64,000 bases of DNA, from positions 43,214,001-43,278,000 of the forward strand of contig CM097886.1 of assembly GCA_044892525.1 (NCBI GenBank). Direction: 5' to 3'. The notes beneath the pieces are model-generated. The model had not been told where the DNA came from. It saw nothing but the letters and a program-made list of their open reading frames with translations, and made no database searches. A program made the translations under genes and the position numbers. Position 1 is the first letter of the stretch. The number at the start of each line of letters is the position of its first letter. The DNA is from Schmidtea polychroa. Taxonomy: Eukaryota. Positions 11,314 through 21,540 of this stretch are shown piece after piece.

Positions 11314-11558
11314 TGTTAAATAAAACTAGAAGTCGAATTCAAATTATATTCAAAAATTATAACAATATCGGTTTGACTAAACAAATCATTAAATTGACGA
11401 TTAAGCATTTCTAAATAACAATAATAATTATGTACGCCATAATATAATACGAATATAATACTTTAATATATGTATATGTTAATTTCTTAATAGTAATAAT
11501 TCAGATGTAATTTATTATTATAATATTATATTGTGCTAATAATTAAATCTTCCTCACA
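11314..11558 (-). repeat. 3' LTR of the gypsy element
   Basis: TG...CA termini; PPT AAACAGGGGGGA immediately upstream on the minus strand (11559-11570). Confidence 0.97.
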
Positions 11559-14129
11559 TCCCCCCTGTTTAAAAGGCTTTAGCCATTCTACATTTCGAAT
11601 CATTGTTTTACCTTCTTTATCCATAAGTTCGTAACTTCTATCATGTAGTTTTTTTATCACTCGAAAAGGTCCTCTGTATCTATCATCTTCTTTTTTTCTT
11701 GTGTCTATCTTTACTAAAACGTTGTCATCTATTTTAAATTCTCTATTAATTCTATCTGCGTTTCTGTACTTAACATTTCTTTGCTTTTCTTGTATCTCTT
11801 CAATGATTCTAATTCGGTCATTAGTAACTTCCTTTTTGTTTTGCCATTCTCTTGTTATTCGAAACCCAAATACTATTTCCGCTGGACTTTTCCCTAATGT
11901 ACTTTGTACGGTTGCGTTCAAAGCAAATTCAATTTCTGGTAATACCTCTACCCAATTGCTTTTTAATCTATCTTTAATTGAGGTACTCATGAAATCTCTT
12001 ATTGTTCGAAATCGCCGTTCTATTAATCCATTTGCACTATGATGGTATGGACTTGAAAATTGAAGCATTATGTTATGGGTTTTAGCTAATTCTTTCATCA
12101 CACCTGATTCAAATGTCTTCCCACAATCTACTTGAATTATCCTAGGAGAACCGTATTTTAGAATCCAAAATTTCATTATTGTGTCCGCTGTTGTTTTCTC
12201 ATCTTGCTTAGAAACTGCTGTAAGAGAAATATATCGAGTGCACATATCAATAATTCCTAAAATATACTTTTTCCCATGTACACTTGTTTTCAAAGGTCCA
12301 CAAAAATCTATAGCAATTGTTTCAAACGGTTTCGACACTTCCGTTTTTAGTATAGTTTCCTTTGTTTTAGTTGTTAGTGTTTTTCTTTTTTGACATAATT
12401 CACAATTTTGAATAATTTCTGTAGTTATCATTTGTAATTCATCCATGTCATAATTTACTTTTATGTAGTCAATCACTTTTTTGCAACCTGCGTGGCATAG
12501 GATTTTATGCATTTCTTTGATAAATTTTTCGCGATTGTTTTTAGGAATCCAAATTTTATTTTCTTTTGTCATGATAACATCATCATCAATCTTAAATTTA
12601 GTTTTTACATTTTTCATGATTAATTCTTTTTGATTTTCTATCTCAACATTACCCTTTTGCCAAATCACACCTTGCTTAACAGCTGTCATTGTTAAAAGTC
12701 TTGTTTTCATTTTTTCTGTTTTAGGATTTTCATGAACTTCCATACATTGAGTACATCGTCCACACTTATCTCGGGATAATGCATCTGCATTGGTATGTTC
12801 CGTACCTTTTCTAAATGAAATATCCATGTCCAAACTGCTAAGAAAATTTATCCAAGTTTGGAATTGTGCCGTGATTGGCTTTTTTGTTGCCATCATGAAT
12901 GTTATTGCTTTATGGTCCGTTCTTAATTTAAATTTTTTCCCATACAAATAATGTTTAAAATGTTGAGTAAAATAATAAATGGCCAATAACTCCTTCCTTG
13001 TTATACAATAACCTATTTCATGCTTATTCATTGAATGCGAACCATATGCAATTACTCGCTCATGTCCCTGTTCGTCTAACTGTGATAAAACCGCACCAAT
13101 TGTGTCAAAACTTGCATCAGTGTCCAAAATAAATTCTTTCTGAAAGTTAGGGTATATTAATACTGGTGTTTTCGATAATGCATTTTTTAATTCTTCAAAT
13201 GCTTCTTCACATTTTTCTGACCATATAAGTTTTTCATTAGTCGTACCACATATAGACTCTAATATTCGTGAAAACATTGAATAATTTTTTATAAATTTTC
13301 TATAATAATTACACAACCCCAAAAAACTTCTTAGTTGTTTCAAACATTGAGGTCTTACAAAATTTTTAATTGCTTCAATTTTATTTTCATCCACTTTCAC
13401 ACCTTCATTATTAATTATATGGCCTAAAAATTTTGTCTCATTTTTTAAGAATATACATTTTTCTGGATTTACTCGTAATCCCGCTTCCTTAATTTTCATT
13501 AATACTTCATTTATTCTTTTAAAATGCTCTTCTTTATTTGTAGAAAATATTAATATGTCATCCAAATATACAATAGCTGTATTCCACAGAAGTTTTCCTA
13601 AAACCATATTCATTAGTTTTTGAAATGTAGCCGGTGCCGCAGCAATTCCAAAAGGCATTCTATTAAAACAGTACTGTCCGCTCCTTGTTGAAAATGCGGT
13701 TTTTTCTTGTGAATTATTTGTTAACTCCACTTGATAATATGCACTTCCAAGATCTATAGTACTAAAAAACTTGGATCCATTGAGTGAATCTAACATTTGT
13801 TCAATATTAGGCATTGGAAATATTTGTCTTTCTGTTATTTTATTTAGGTTTCTAAAATCCAAACACAATCTGATGTCATTCTTTTCTTTTTTCCAAACAC
13901 ATACCAATGGAGTATTCCAACTCGAATCACATTTCCTAATAATACCATTTTCTTCCAAATTTTTTATAGCCTCCTCAATCTTTTCTTCTAAATGAGCCGG
14001 TTGTCGTCTAGGGTTCATGTAAATTGGGCCCTCAGTAGTTTTGATTTCGTGCCATAATAAATCTGTTTTTCCAATGTCCCATTTATCAGCCATAAAAACT
14101 TCTTTATTTTCATTAATTATCTGATACAT
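11526..14129 (-). CDS. pol: Pol: reverse transcriptase, RNase H and integrase
   Basis: LCLDFRNLN, YLDDILI, TDAS, TDHK, HHCC zinc-binding (HKILCH..CELC), DDE integrase (IAIDF, VDCG, LIERR), GPF motif. The stop codon lies inside the 3' LTR. Confidence 0.95.
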   Translation of the reverse strand: MYQIINENKEVFMADKWDIGKTDLLWHEIKTTEGPIYMNPRRQPAHLEEKIEEAIKNLEENGIIRKCDSSWNTPLVCVWKKEKNDIRLCLDFRNLNKITERQIFPMPNIEQMLDSLNGSKFFSTIDLGSAYYQVELTNNSQEKTAFSTRSGQYCFNRMPFGIAAAPATFQKLMNMVLGKLLWNTAIVYLDDILIFSTNKEEHFKRINEVLMKIKEAGLRVNPEKCIFLKNETKFLGHIINNEGVKVDENKIEAIKNFVRPQCLKQLRSFLGLCNYYRKFIKNYSMFSRILESICGTTNEKLIWSEKCEEAFEELKNALSKTPVLIYPNFQKEFILDTDASFDTIGAVLSQLDEQGHERVIAYGSHSMNKHEIGYCITRKELLAIYYFTQHFKHYLYGKKFKLRTDHKAITFMMATKKPITAQFQTWINFLSSLDMDISFRKGTEHTNADALSRDKCGRCTQCMEVHENPKTEKMKTRLLTMTAVKQGVIWQKGNVEIENQKELIMKNVKTKFKIDDDVIMTKENKIWIPKNNREKFIKEMHKILCHAGCKKVIDYIKVNYDMDELQMITTEIIQNCELCQKRKTLTTKTKETILKTEVSKPFETIAIDFCGPLKTSVHGKKYILGIIDMCTRYISLTAVSKQDEKTTADTIMKFWILKYGSPRIIQVDCGKTFESGVMKELAKTHNIMLQFSSPYHHSANGLIERRFRTIRDFMSTSIKDRLKSNWVEVLPEIEFALNATVQSTLGKSPAEIVFGFRITREWQNKKEVTNDRIRIIEEIQEKQRNVKYRNADRINREFKIDDNVLVKIDTRKKEDDRYRGPFRVIKKLHDRSYELMDKEGKTMIRNVEWLKPFKQGGCEEDLIISTI

Positions 14130-14130
14130 T

Positions 14131-15126
14131 TTATCTCCTTTTTTTTAAATCAAATAATTTTATTGCTCGACTAAATCTTTTCTCATCATTATATGAGTTG
14201 CTAAATCTTGCCTCAATATTACAAATTTCATTAAAATTATTTTCTATTTCCGTATTTTCAGTTATACTATCGTTTATTTTCATTAACTTGATGTTGAATT
14301 GACGAAGTAAATCTATCCCACCAATAATTGACGGTGAAACCTTTTTAACAACAACAAAAATCACATTCTCTTCTTTGTTACCGATTTGAATCTTCAATTT
14401 AACATTGCCAAATGTTTCCAATGGACTGCCATTTGCACACCAAATTCCTTCATTGTGAGGTTTAATATCTATCTCACCTATTTCTTTGATGATCGAGCTA
14501 TCTATTACATTCATTCTAGCCCCCGTATCCAATAGACAATGTTTGAAATAAATCCTATTAATCCCAACTATTACGCTTGGTCTTCCACCCATCTTATCAT
14601 ATACAATTTCTAAATCGTCATTTAAAACAGAAATATTATTTATATGTTTATCCAATGTTTCGTCATAAACAAACCTTTTACTGCTATTTATTAATTTTGC
14701 CTCACAAATACTTATTATCTTCTTACAATTCTGATCACATTTATTTTCAATTACATTAATTTTATCACGCATCCAATTACAATCATTAATATCAGTTTTA
14801 TCTCTTACGTCATATATAATCTTACTGTTACTCTGATTATCTTCCTTTATTACATCATATTTTTTTAATTTACTTTTCACGTTTTTAATACTATCTTCTA
14901 AAATTACATCTGATTTAAATCTAATATTTTTTACCTTTAAATTTGATTTAGATATACTGTCTAAATTATTATTACTACTTTTAAAATTATACATACTGTC
15001 TAAATTACTATTACTATTATTATTAAAAAATATACTATACTTATCTTGGCGCACACAATCATCATTATTACCTTTTAATGCATGGCTCCTATCATCTCGC
15101 CTAATGATGGAGCCCTCCCATTTGGG
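14131..15126 (-). CDS. N-terminal Pol segment with aspartic protease (LLDTGA), entered by -1 frameshift from gag
   Basis: Frame open from the slippery site near 15120 to 14131; CLLDTGARMN; separated from the RT frame by one extra A in an A8 run (14139-14146). Confidence 0.88.
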   Translation of the reverse strand, partial: PKWEGSIIRRDDRSHALKGNNDDCVRQDKYSIFFNNNSNSNLDSMYNFKSSNNNLDSISKSNLKVKNIRFKSDVILEDSIKNVKSKLKKYDVIKEDNQSNSKIIYDVRDKTDINDCNWMRDKINVIENKCDQNCKKIISICEAKLINSSKRFVYDETLDKHINNISVLNDDLEIVYDKMGGRPSVIVGINRIYFKHCLLDTGARMNVIDSSIIKEIGEIDIKPHNEGIWCANGSPLETFGNVKLKIQIGNKEENVIFVVVKKVSPSIIGGIDLLRQFNIKLMKINDSITENTEIENNFNEICNIEARFSNSYNDEKRFSRAIKLFDLKKRR

Positions 15127-16238
15127 TGTCCATCACTTCGGGTAGACTGAGAATCCTCCGCTTCGTTTCCGCGGTCTTCCATAGCTGCCACTCTTCCATC
15201 GGCATATCTGTCTTGATATCGTCTGTTATCCTCGTAATTTCTAGATTGGTTTCTTCCTGATGATCGTGTGTCTGCTGTTCCCCAACATTGAAACCGCAAG
15301 TGACCACGTTTTCCACATCCTGAGCATGAAATCGATGGACATTCTCCCCGGTGATGGCCAGATTCCTTACAAGCGTTGCATCTCAATTCTGAATTTATCT
15401 TGTTATTTTTACATTCTCTAATCATGTGTCCTTCTTTTCCACATCCATAACACTTCTTTTTTGGGCATTCTCGACTCGAATGTCCTAGTTCTTGACAATT
15501 CCAACATGTAACAACGCGACTTCCACTTGCTCTGTTGTCTCTATGGTAATACTGTTGATTAGTATTCCTTCCAGAATCGAAGCTTTGAGCGTGCGGAATA
15601 GAATTGAATCTTGGTTCAAAATTTCGTCTTTCTTGAACATTCGAAAAATTGCGTTGTCGATCTTGTATATCGGCAAATCCTTGTCGTTTCTTTATTACGT
15701 TTGCGAACGTTTCTTTTCTTTGCATAACTGCAATACTAGAAACTTCAATGTTGATAGCATCAACTTTACGAATTACGTCCTTGATCTCTTCGACTTTTAA
15801 AGCATCTCGCATCTTGATCTCTTTTTGGATTTCTTTGTCTTTGACACAATGTATCAAAAAATAAGCGACTAATTCGTTTTTATCCCACTTGTGTTTCAAT
15901 ACTTTGTCGACCATTTTCTCAATCTTTTCGAAAAACACTGGCGCTGCATCGTTATCTTTCTCATAATTGTATAAGTTCAGAAAATCGCCTATCAGTGTTG
16001 ACGGCTTCTTGAAAGCTTCTCTGAGTCTATCTTCAAAATTAATAAATTTGACATCGACGGCTTCATAAATCGGTAAAATATCTCTTGAAATAAGACATTT
16101 TATCATCATATTTTGGTTATCTTGATCTAACCCACATAACTGAAAATATCGCTTACATTCTTCAATGAAAGTTTCGATTTCGTGTCTTCCGTCGTAAACA
16201 TCCGGAATCATCTTATTCACTATTGCCAGGGTCGCCAT
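15075..16238 (-). CDS. gag: Gag with four CCHC zinc knuckles
   Basis: CWNCQELGHSSREC, CYGCGKEGHMIREC, CNACKESGHHRGEC, CSGCGKRGHLRFQC; intact 387-aa ORF. Confidence 0.95.
   Translation of the reverse strand: MATLAIVNKMIPDVYDGRHEIETFIEECKRYFQLCGLDQDNQNMMIKCLISRDILPIYEAVDVKFINFEDRLREAFKKPSTLIGDFLNLYNYEKDNDAAPVFFEKIEKMVDKVLKHKWDKNELVAYFLIHCVKDKEIQKEIKMRDALKVEEIKDVIRKVDAINIEVSSIAVMQRKETFANVIKKRQGFADIQDRQRNFSNVQERRNFEPRFNSIPHAQSFDSGRNTNQQYYHRDNRASGSRVVTCWNCQELGHSSRECPKKKCYGCGKEGHMIRECKNNKINSELRCNACKESGHHRGECPSISCSGCGKRGHLRFQCWGTADTRSSGRNQSRNYEDNRRYQDRYADGRVAAMEDRGNEAEDSQSTRSDGHPNGRAPSLGEMIGAMH
15084..15126 (-). promoter_or_regulatory. -1 programmed ribosomal frameshift signal
   Basis: Heptamer C CCA AAT (15126-15120) in the gag frame, 5-nt spacer, then hairpin GGCTCC-ATCAT...ATGAT-a-GGAGCC; the -1 frame is open into the protease. 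Confidence 0.8.
16226..16237 (-). promoter_or_regulatory. Primer-binding site TGGCGACCCTGG
   Basis: Directly abuts the 5' LTR end. TGGCGACC fits tRNA-Arg-type 3' ends (one mismatch to vertebrate tRNA-Asn PBS); the cognate tRNA is not resolved. Confidence 0.8.
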
Positions 16239-16482
16239 GTTAAATAAAACTAGAAGTCGAATTCAAATTATATTCAAAAATTATAACAATATCGGTTTGA
16301 CTAAACAAATCATTAAATTGACGATTAAGCATTTCTAAATAACAATAATAATTATGTACGCCATAATATAATACGAATATAATACTTTAATATATGTATA
16401 TGTTAATTTCTTAATAGTAATAATTCAGATGTAATTTATTATTATAATATTATATTGTGCTAATAATTAAATCTTCCTTACA
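16238..16482 (-). repeat. 5' LTR of the gypsy element
   Basis: Matches 11314-11558 except one base near the end (CCTTACA vs CCTCACA). Confidence 0.97.
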
Positions 16483-16800
16483 CTCGTCTTATCCGAACTC
16501 GGTCAAGCCAGAGGAAATGGCAACATCAACTCTGCAATCTCCTGGTTAAATGGCGACTCCACTAAAACCTTTCCATCTAAATCTCTCTTCTCGAAATTCA
16601 GGAAATCATCCATAAGACTGCGACTCAAATATGGCATCTCCACAAAAATAGTCTTCCTCAAAAATTCCTACCAATTAGAAATTAAATACAAAGACCGAAT
16701 TAATTACTTCACATCCTCCAACCTTAAAGACACCTCATCCGAAATACACTCTATTATTAGCCTCATTTATGCTGATAGATGGTCCGAAAGTCGTAGTCAG
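16483..16800 (+). mobile_element. 3' continuation of the non-LTR element; truncated before any CCHC/RLE endonuclease
   Basis: In-frame LVLSELGQARGNG...IYADRWSESRSQ, then a stop at about 16816-16818; no downstream C-terminal domain visible. Confidence 0.8.
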
Positions 16801-17647
16801 CAGCTACCACATATATAGGGAACACATATACAAAGAATAACGCACACCCCCATATTTTCCTATATATTATCTAACTGTCAAAGCATTACCATATTTATAT
16901 CAAAACTATTTGTATTATACAAAATTTTAATTATCCCTATGCAATGATGAGATTTAAAAATGGTACTCCCTCTGAATACTGAGTATTGCGTATGAATGCA
17001 AAGCTCTTAATTTTAGCAACAAGATTAATGATATTGGTATTCTTAGTATCAATAATAACAATAATGATATTAATAATAAAANNNNNNNNNNNNNNNNNNN
17101 NNNNNNNNNNNNNNNNNNNNNNNNNNNNNNNNNNNNNNNNNNNNNNNNNNNNNNNNNNNNNNNNNNNNNNNNNNNNNNNNNNNNNNNNNNNNNNNNNNNN
17201 NNNNNNNNNNNNNNNNNNNNNNNNNNNNNNNNNNNNNNNNNNNNNNNNNNNNNNNNNNNNNNNNNNNNNNNNNNNNNNNNNNNNNNNNNNNNNNNNNNNN
17301 NNNNNNNNNNNNNNNNNNNNNNNNNNNNNNNNNNNNNNNNNNNNNNNNNNNNNNNNNNNNNNNNNNNNNNNNNNNNNNNNNNNNNNNNNNNNNNNNNNNN
17401 NNNNNNNNNNNNNNAACGAATACAATAATAAAAATAATTCAATTATAACAATAATGACAATAAAATAAAACCAGTTTTACTAATTCAAAACTTATTAATA
17501 ATAATAAAAATAATAATAATAACAATATTTCCATTATTCTATACCATGCACCTCCTCGGGCAACCGACTTATATTAATAGAAAGGACCCACCATATTGAG
17601 TACCCAATAATGAAAAAAGCCACTGCGACTGCCTAACACTACTTCAC

Positions 17648-18200
17648 TGGACACCTGCCCATCAATATGCTTTTAACTGGGACTGTTCAATCCGACAACA
17701 CAAACAACCAGACCAGTCTCTTATGTCTTATATTGTATATGCCTATGACTCTATCCTACAATCCCGCCAATCCGAACGAATCAAATGAAAGCGGATGATC
17801 AAGCCTACAATACTGAGGAGTCCAGTGTCAACCCAACCAGACCCGCATCAACCCAACCAGTCCAACATCAACCCAACCAACCCAACCAGTCTTTGTCTTA
17901 GATGTATCAAGTGTCAACCCATATTGGACACCTGCCCATCAGTGTCCTCTTAACTGGGACTGATCAATTCAGCAACACAACCAATCCGACCAGTCTCTTG
18001 TTTATTATATGGTATACGAATATGACCCTATCCGGCAATCCCACCAATTCGACCTAATCAAATGAAAGTGAATGATCAATCCTGAGGAGTCCTACGTCAA
18101 CCCAACCAATCCCGCATCAACCCAACCAGTCCAACATCAACCCAACCAGTGTCTTGTATTATATGTATCAAGTGTCAACCCAACCAACCCTGACCAGTCA
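17648..18200. repeat. About 278-bp tandem duplication (x2) with internal CAACCCAACCA subrepeats
   Basis: Units start GGACACCTGCCCATCA at about 17648 and 17926. Confidence 0.85.
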
Positions 18201-18224
18201 AGCGTCTCTTTTGTTGTATTGTCT

Positions 18225-18812
18225 CTTTCCTATATTTGCTTATTTATTTTTGCTTATTTATGCCTCCATGATGGATTTCAGCATTTCCAGAACATTTCAT
18301 GCTAAATTTAATCTATTTCTTATTTTTAAATTGTTTTTTATGATTCCTTTTCTAAAATTTTTATTTTTTAAACTAAAATATTTATTTTTTATAAATTTTA
18401 TTGGGTCGTTTGGCGGTCATGATGGATTTCGCCATTTTTATGAAATTTTCTGGATTTTTATTCAAAATATCGATATAATTTTCTTTACGTAAGATTTTAT
18501 GGAGATTTTCTTTAATTTTCTTTACGTAAGATTTTATGGAGATTTTCTTTAATTTTCTTTTTTAATTTTTACTAATCGCCTTTATTCGAATTTGTTTTTG
18601 GTTGTTTTATGTCTTTCGGTTATATTTGAGTAAGTTTTTGTGTAATACTTCTTGCTCGTGTTTTATTTTATTTTTAATTTAGATGTTTCATTTTTGGGTA
18701 TATTATCTCTTTATTATCATTGTTTACTTGGTGTTTTATATATTTTTATTTAAGTAAACTTAATGCTGGGTATGCGTGTTGTGTACTGACACATTTCGTC
18801 CCATTCCTAACT
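18225..18812. repeat. Diverged copy of the 6270-6755 repeat
   Basis: Co-linear shared blocks (see the 6270-6755 entry). Confidence 0.6.
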
Positions 18813-19165
18813 TTTGAATGTGTAAGTGGTTGTGAATATGTCCAAATGTGAGTGAATGATGATATTAGTGAGTATAATTATTTAATTATTACAAAACAAT
18901 ATGAGGGTTAGCATATGGCTGGGACACATCCTAATAGTACATATAACTGGCAGGATAAAGTTTTTAAGTTAGTAACTCATTAACACATTTAAATTAATAA
19001 ATATCAAATGGATTATTATAAACACAAATATTAAAATTTAATAATATAAAAAGAATATGTATAAAATTAAAATTTTTTTTATCCAATGAAAAATAAAATA
19101 ATTATATATAATTTTTATGTTATCTCAATTAATTAAATATCTGGAAAATAAAATAAAAATAAAAA

Positions 19166-20413
19166 ATGTCAGATATAAATAATTTAAATTATGATTCAGA
19201 TAAAAATACAAATAAAACAATTGAATATAATTGCAAATTATGTTCCAAAATGTTTTCGAAGCCAGTTCCTTTCACAAAACATATGAAAGTGTGCCATTCA
19301 ATAACTGTCCACGCATGCAGAAAGTGTAAAGACATTTTCAGTGAGCTTGGTCATCTATTTTTGCATAACAAAGAATTACATTCTAAAAAAGAATACAGTT
19401 CATTTAAATTTCAATGTGAATTATGTAGTTATTCGACAAATAATGGGGGTCTTTTTAGGCATCATCAATTAGCTCATAGTGGTAAAAAACCGGAGGTTTG
19501 TGATATTTGTAATAAAGGTTTCACACAACATTCAAATATGAAAGTGCATAGAAAGCGACATTTCAAATCATCAACAGACTTTTATTGTGAAGAATGCGAC
19601 ACGACTTACGGATGTCACGAAGTACTGCTTGCGCACAAAGCTACCCAAGGGCACAATTTGACAATGCATATGAATCAAATTTGGAATGTTAAAGTAGAAA
19701 TGATTTGCCAGAAATGCAATTATAAAACACAGATTATTGAAGAAATTATGGCACATAGAGAGAATTGCATGTGTAACAATTTAATATCCTGTGAAATTTG
19801 TTCTAAGAAATTGTCACTGAATATTACAAATTTACGAGAACACAGGAAATTACATCGAGATGAATTATTATTTTGTTTGGAATGTGCAGAAAATTCTGAA
19901 AGATTCAAATCAAAACAAGCATTATTAAAGCATTTAACAAAAGAACACAAATTCGAGTTTCGTAAATCTGTCGTTTGTCGGTATTGTGAAAGTCTTTTTG
20001 AAAATAAAACCAATTTATTAGAACATATCAATTCTAGCCACAGTGACAAAAAGTTTAAGCATCAACCGAATGAAGAAATTGGCAGACTCGAATGTGAAAT
20101 TATGGACTGTGATTTCATTACAAATTCACTTCTACTCTTAGAGAAACATTATAAACAAGTTCATAATATTGAAATTAAAATAGATGAAGAAATTTTACCT
20201 AATACTATTGTTAAAACTCATTTAATAGGTCGGCCAAAATTGTGCGATTTAAAAATTAAAAATTTTCAAAATTTAAATAATACAGTAAATATAGAAATCG
20301 CACCAATCAAACGTAAAGGTCGGCCGAAAAAACCATTCGTTGAAAAAGTACCAAAAATACGTGGACGTCCAAAATTAATTAATAATTTGATTAAATGTGA
20401 ACCTATCATCTAA
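19166..20413 (+). CDS. Single-exon C2H2 zinc-finger protein (about 10 fingers) with C-terminal AT-hook-like GRP motifs
   Basis: Repeated CxxC...HxxxH, including CDICNKGFTQHSNMKVHRKRH after an HSGKKP linker; IGRPK, RKGRPKK and RGRPK near the C-terminus; intact 415-aa ORF. Confidence 0.9.
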   Translation: MSDINNLNYDSDKNTNKTIEYNCKLCSKMFSKPVPFTKHMKVCHSITVHACRKCKDIFSELGHLFLHNKELHSKKEYSSFKFQCELCSYSTNNGGLFRHHQLAHSGKKPEVCDICNKGFTQHSNMKVHRKRHFKSSTDFYCEECDTTYGCHEVLLAHKATQGHNLTMHMNQIWNVKVEMICQKCNYKTQIIEEIMAHRENCMCNNLISCEICSKKLSLNITNLREHRKLHRDELLFCLECAENSERFKSKQALLKHLTKEHKFEFRKSVVCRYCESLFENKTNLLEHINSSHSDKKFKHQPNEEIGRLECEIMDCDFITNSLLLLEKHYKQVHNIEIKIDEEILPNTIVKTHLIGRPKLCDLKIKNFQNLNNTVNIEIAPIKRKGRPKKPFVEKVPKIRGRPKLINNLIKCEPII

Positions 20414-21112
20414 TTTCAAAAAAAATTTCGAATTAGTTTGCCATTTTCTAAAATTGATTATTTATAATAATAATATAATAATAATTATTTCATTTTTTAT
20501 TACATTATTTTATTTATTTATTACTAATAGTATTTGCTATATTGAAATAATTTCACTAATATTCTAAAAGATTTCTTAGAATATAATTTCTTTTTTATAC
20601 GAAACTTTATTTTATATTAATTTGATATTAAAATAATTACTAAATAAAAAAAAATATTTTTAAATTTTTTTTAATTTTTAATTTTTTAAAAATTTTTTTA
20701 TTTCAATTTATATTTTAATTTTTGGAATCACATATTTTGTGAATGAATAGAAAAATTTAAAAATCTTTGATGATTGCTTTCTTTGATATATTCGATTAAA
20801 ACTGGTCATAATTTTGATCCCGGGAATTCGGTATTTCCATTTCTAAATCTTCCGTGTTGAAAAATTAATATAAAATTAAAATCAGAAGTTTTTTAAAATT
20901 CATTATAAAATTATGTTTTTTTTAATTTATTATTAACATATGTATATTGTTGTAAGCAATTCATATATTAAATAAAATATTCCGATAAAAATATCTGCTT
21001 TTCCGTTCATTAAAGCTTTCTACAATTTTTATCATTGTGTTAGAAGATTGGCAAGTATTAAAAGATACGGGATAAATAACGCTGATGAGATGGTAACAAT
21101 CTCTACAAATTT

Positions 21113-21310
21113 GAAATGGCACAGAAACAAGTGGAAGATCTACAACTTAGTCCCACGGAGATGCAGAAGCGACTAAAATCAATGCAGTAATCGCAACTTT
21201 AAAGTTACCAAGATCAAGTTGAGCTGAAAGCGCTCTGACTCCGAGTACGACAGCTAGAAATACAAATAAATCAGAACACTATCGACCGCGATCTGATAGG
21301 ACAAATCAGC
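21113..21310 (+). pseudogene. Decayed homologue of orphan ORF-B (1503-1967)
   Basis: SPTEMQKRLKSMQ*SQL*SYQDQVELKAL*LRVRQLEIQINQNTIDRDLIGQI aligns without gaps to PPAEMKKRMKLITQLQLQNAQDQIELRALRLRVRELEVKVHQQELEREVIAKI. Confidence 0.8.
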
Positions 21311-21540
21311 ACGTGGAATTGAAATTGACGATATCCGCCAAACGATAACAGTTAACGAGGAATAAAAAACGACTCGTAAAAGCCAAACAAGGTTGATCAG
21401 ACTAAATAAATTTTCTGCAATCATCGATTTTTGTCATAAATAATTATATTCGTGTGTGGGATATTTAGTAAGAAATACCGGGAAAGGAAGAGAAAAAGTC
21501 TAATTAAAGTTACTACCAAAGTATGGAGCTAAGCAAAAAG

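Larger units (their letters stand above)
11314..16482 (-). mobile_element. Full-length Ty3/gypsy LTR retrotransposon (5169 bp), very recent insertion
   Basis: 245-bp LTRs at 11314-11558 and 16238-16482 differing at one base; 5-bp TSD CTCGT (11309-11313 / 16483-16487); PBS, PPT, gag, and PR-RT-RNaseH-IN order. Confidence 0.98.

Noticed and set aside
8430-13995. Opposite-strand ORFs overlapping the retroelement genes
   Set aside because: Shadow frames of RT/pol coding sequence with no motifs. The same applies to those over SLC6, hAT and HADHA.
16937-17468. ORFs spanning N runs (also 4951, 7477, 42945, 44361, 54748, 56507)
   Set aside because: They are open only because of assembly gaps.
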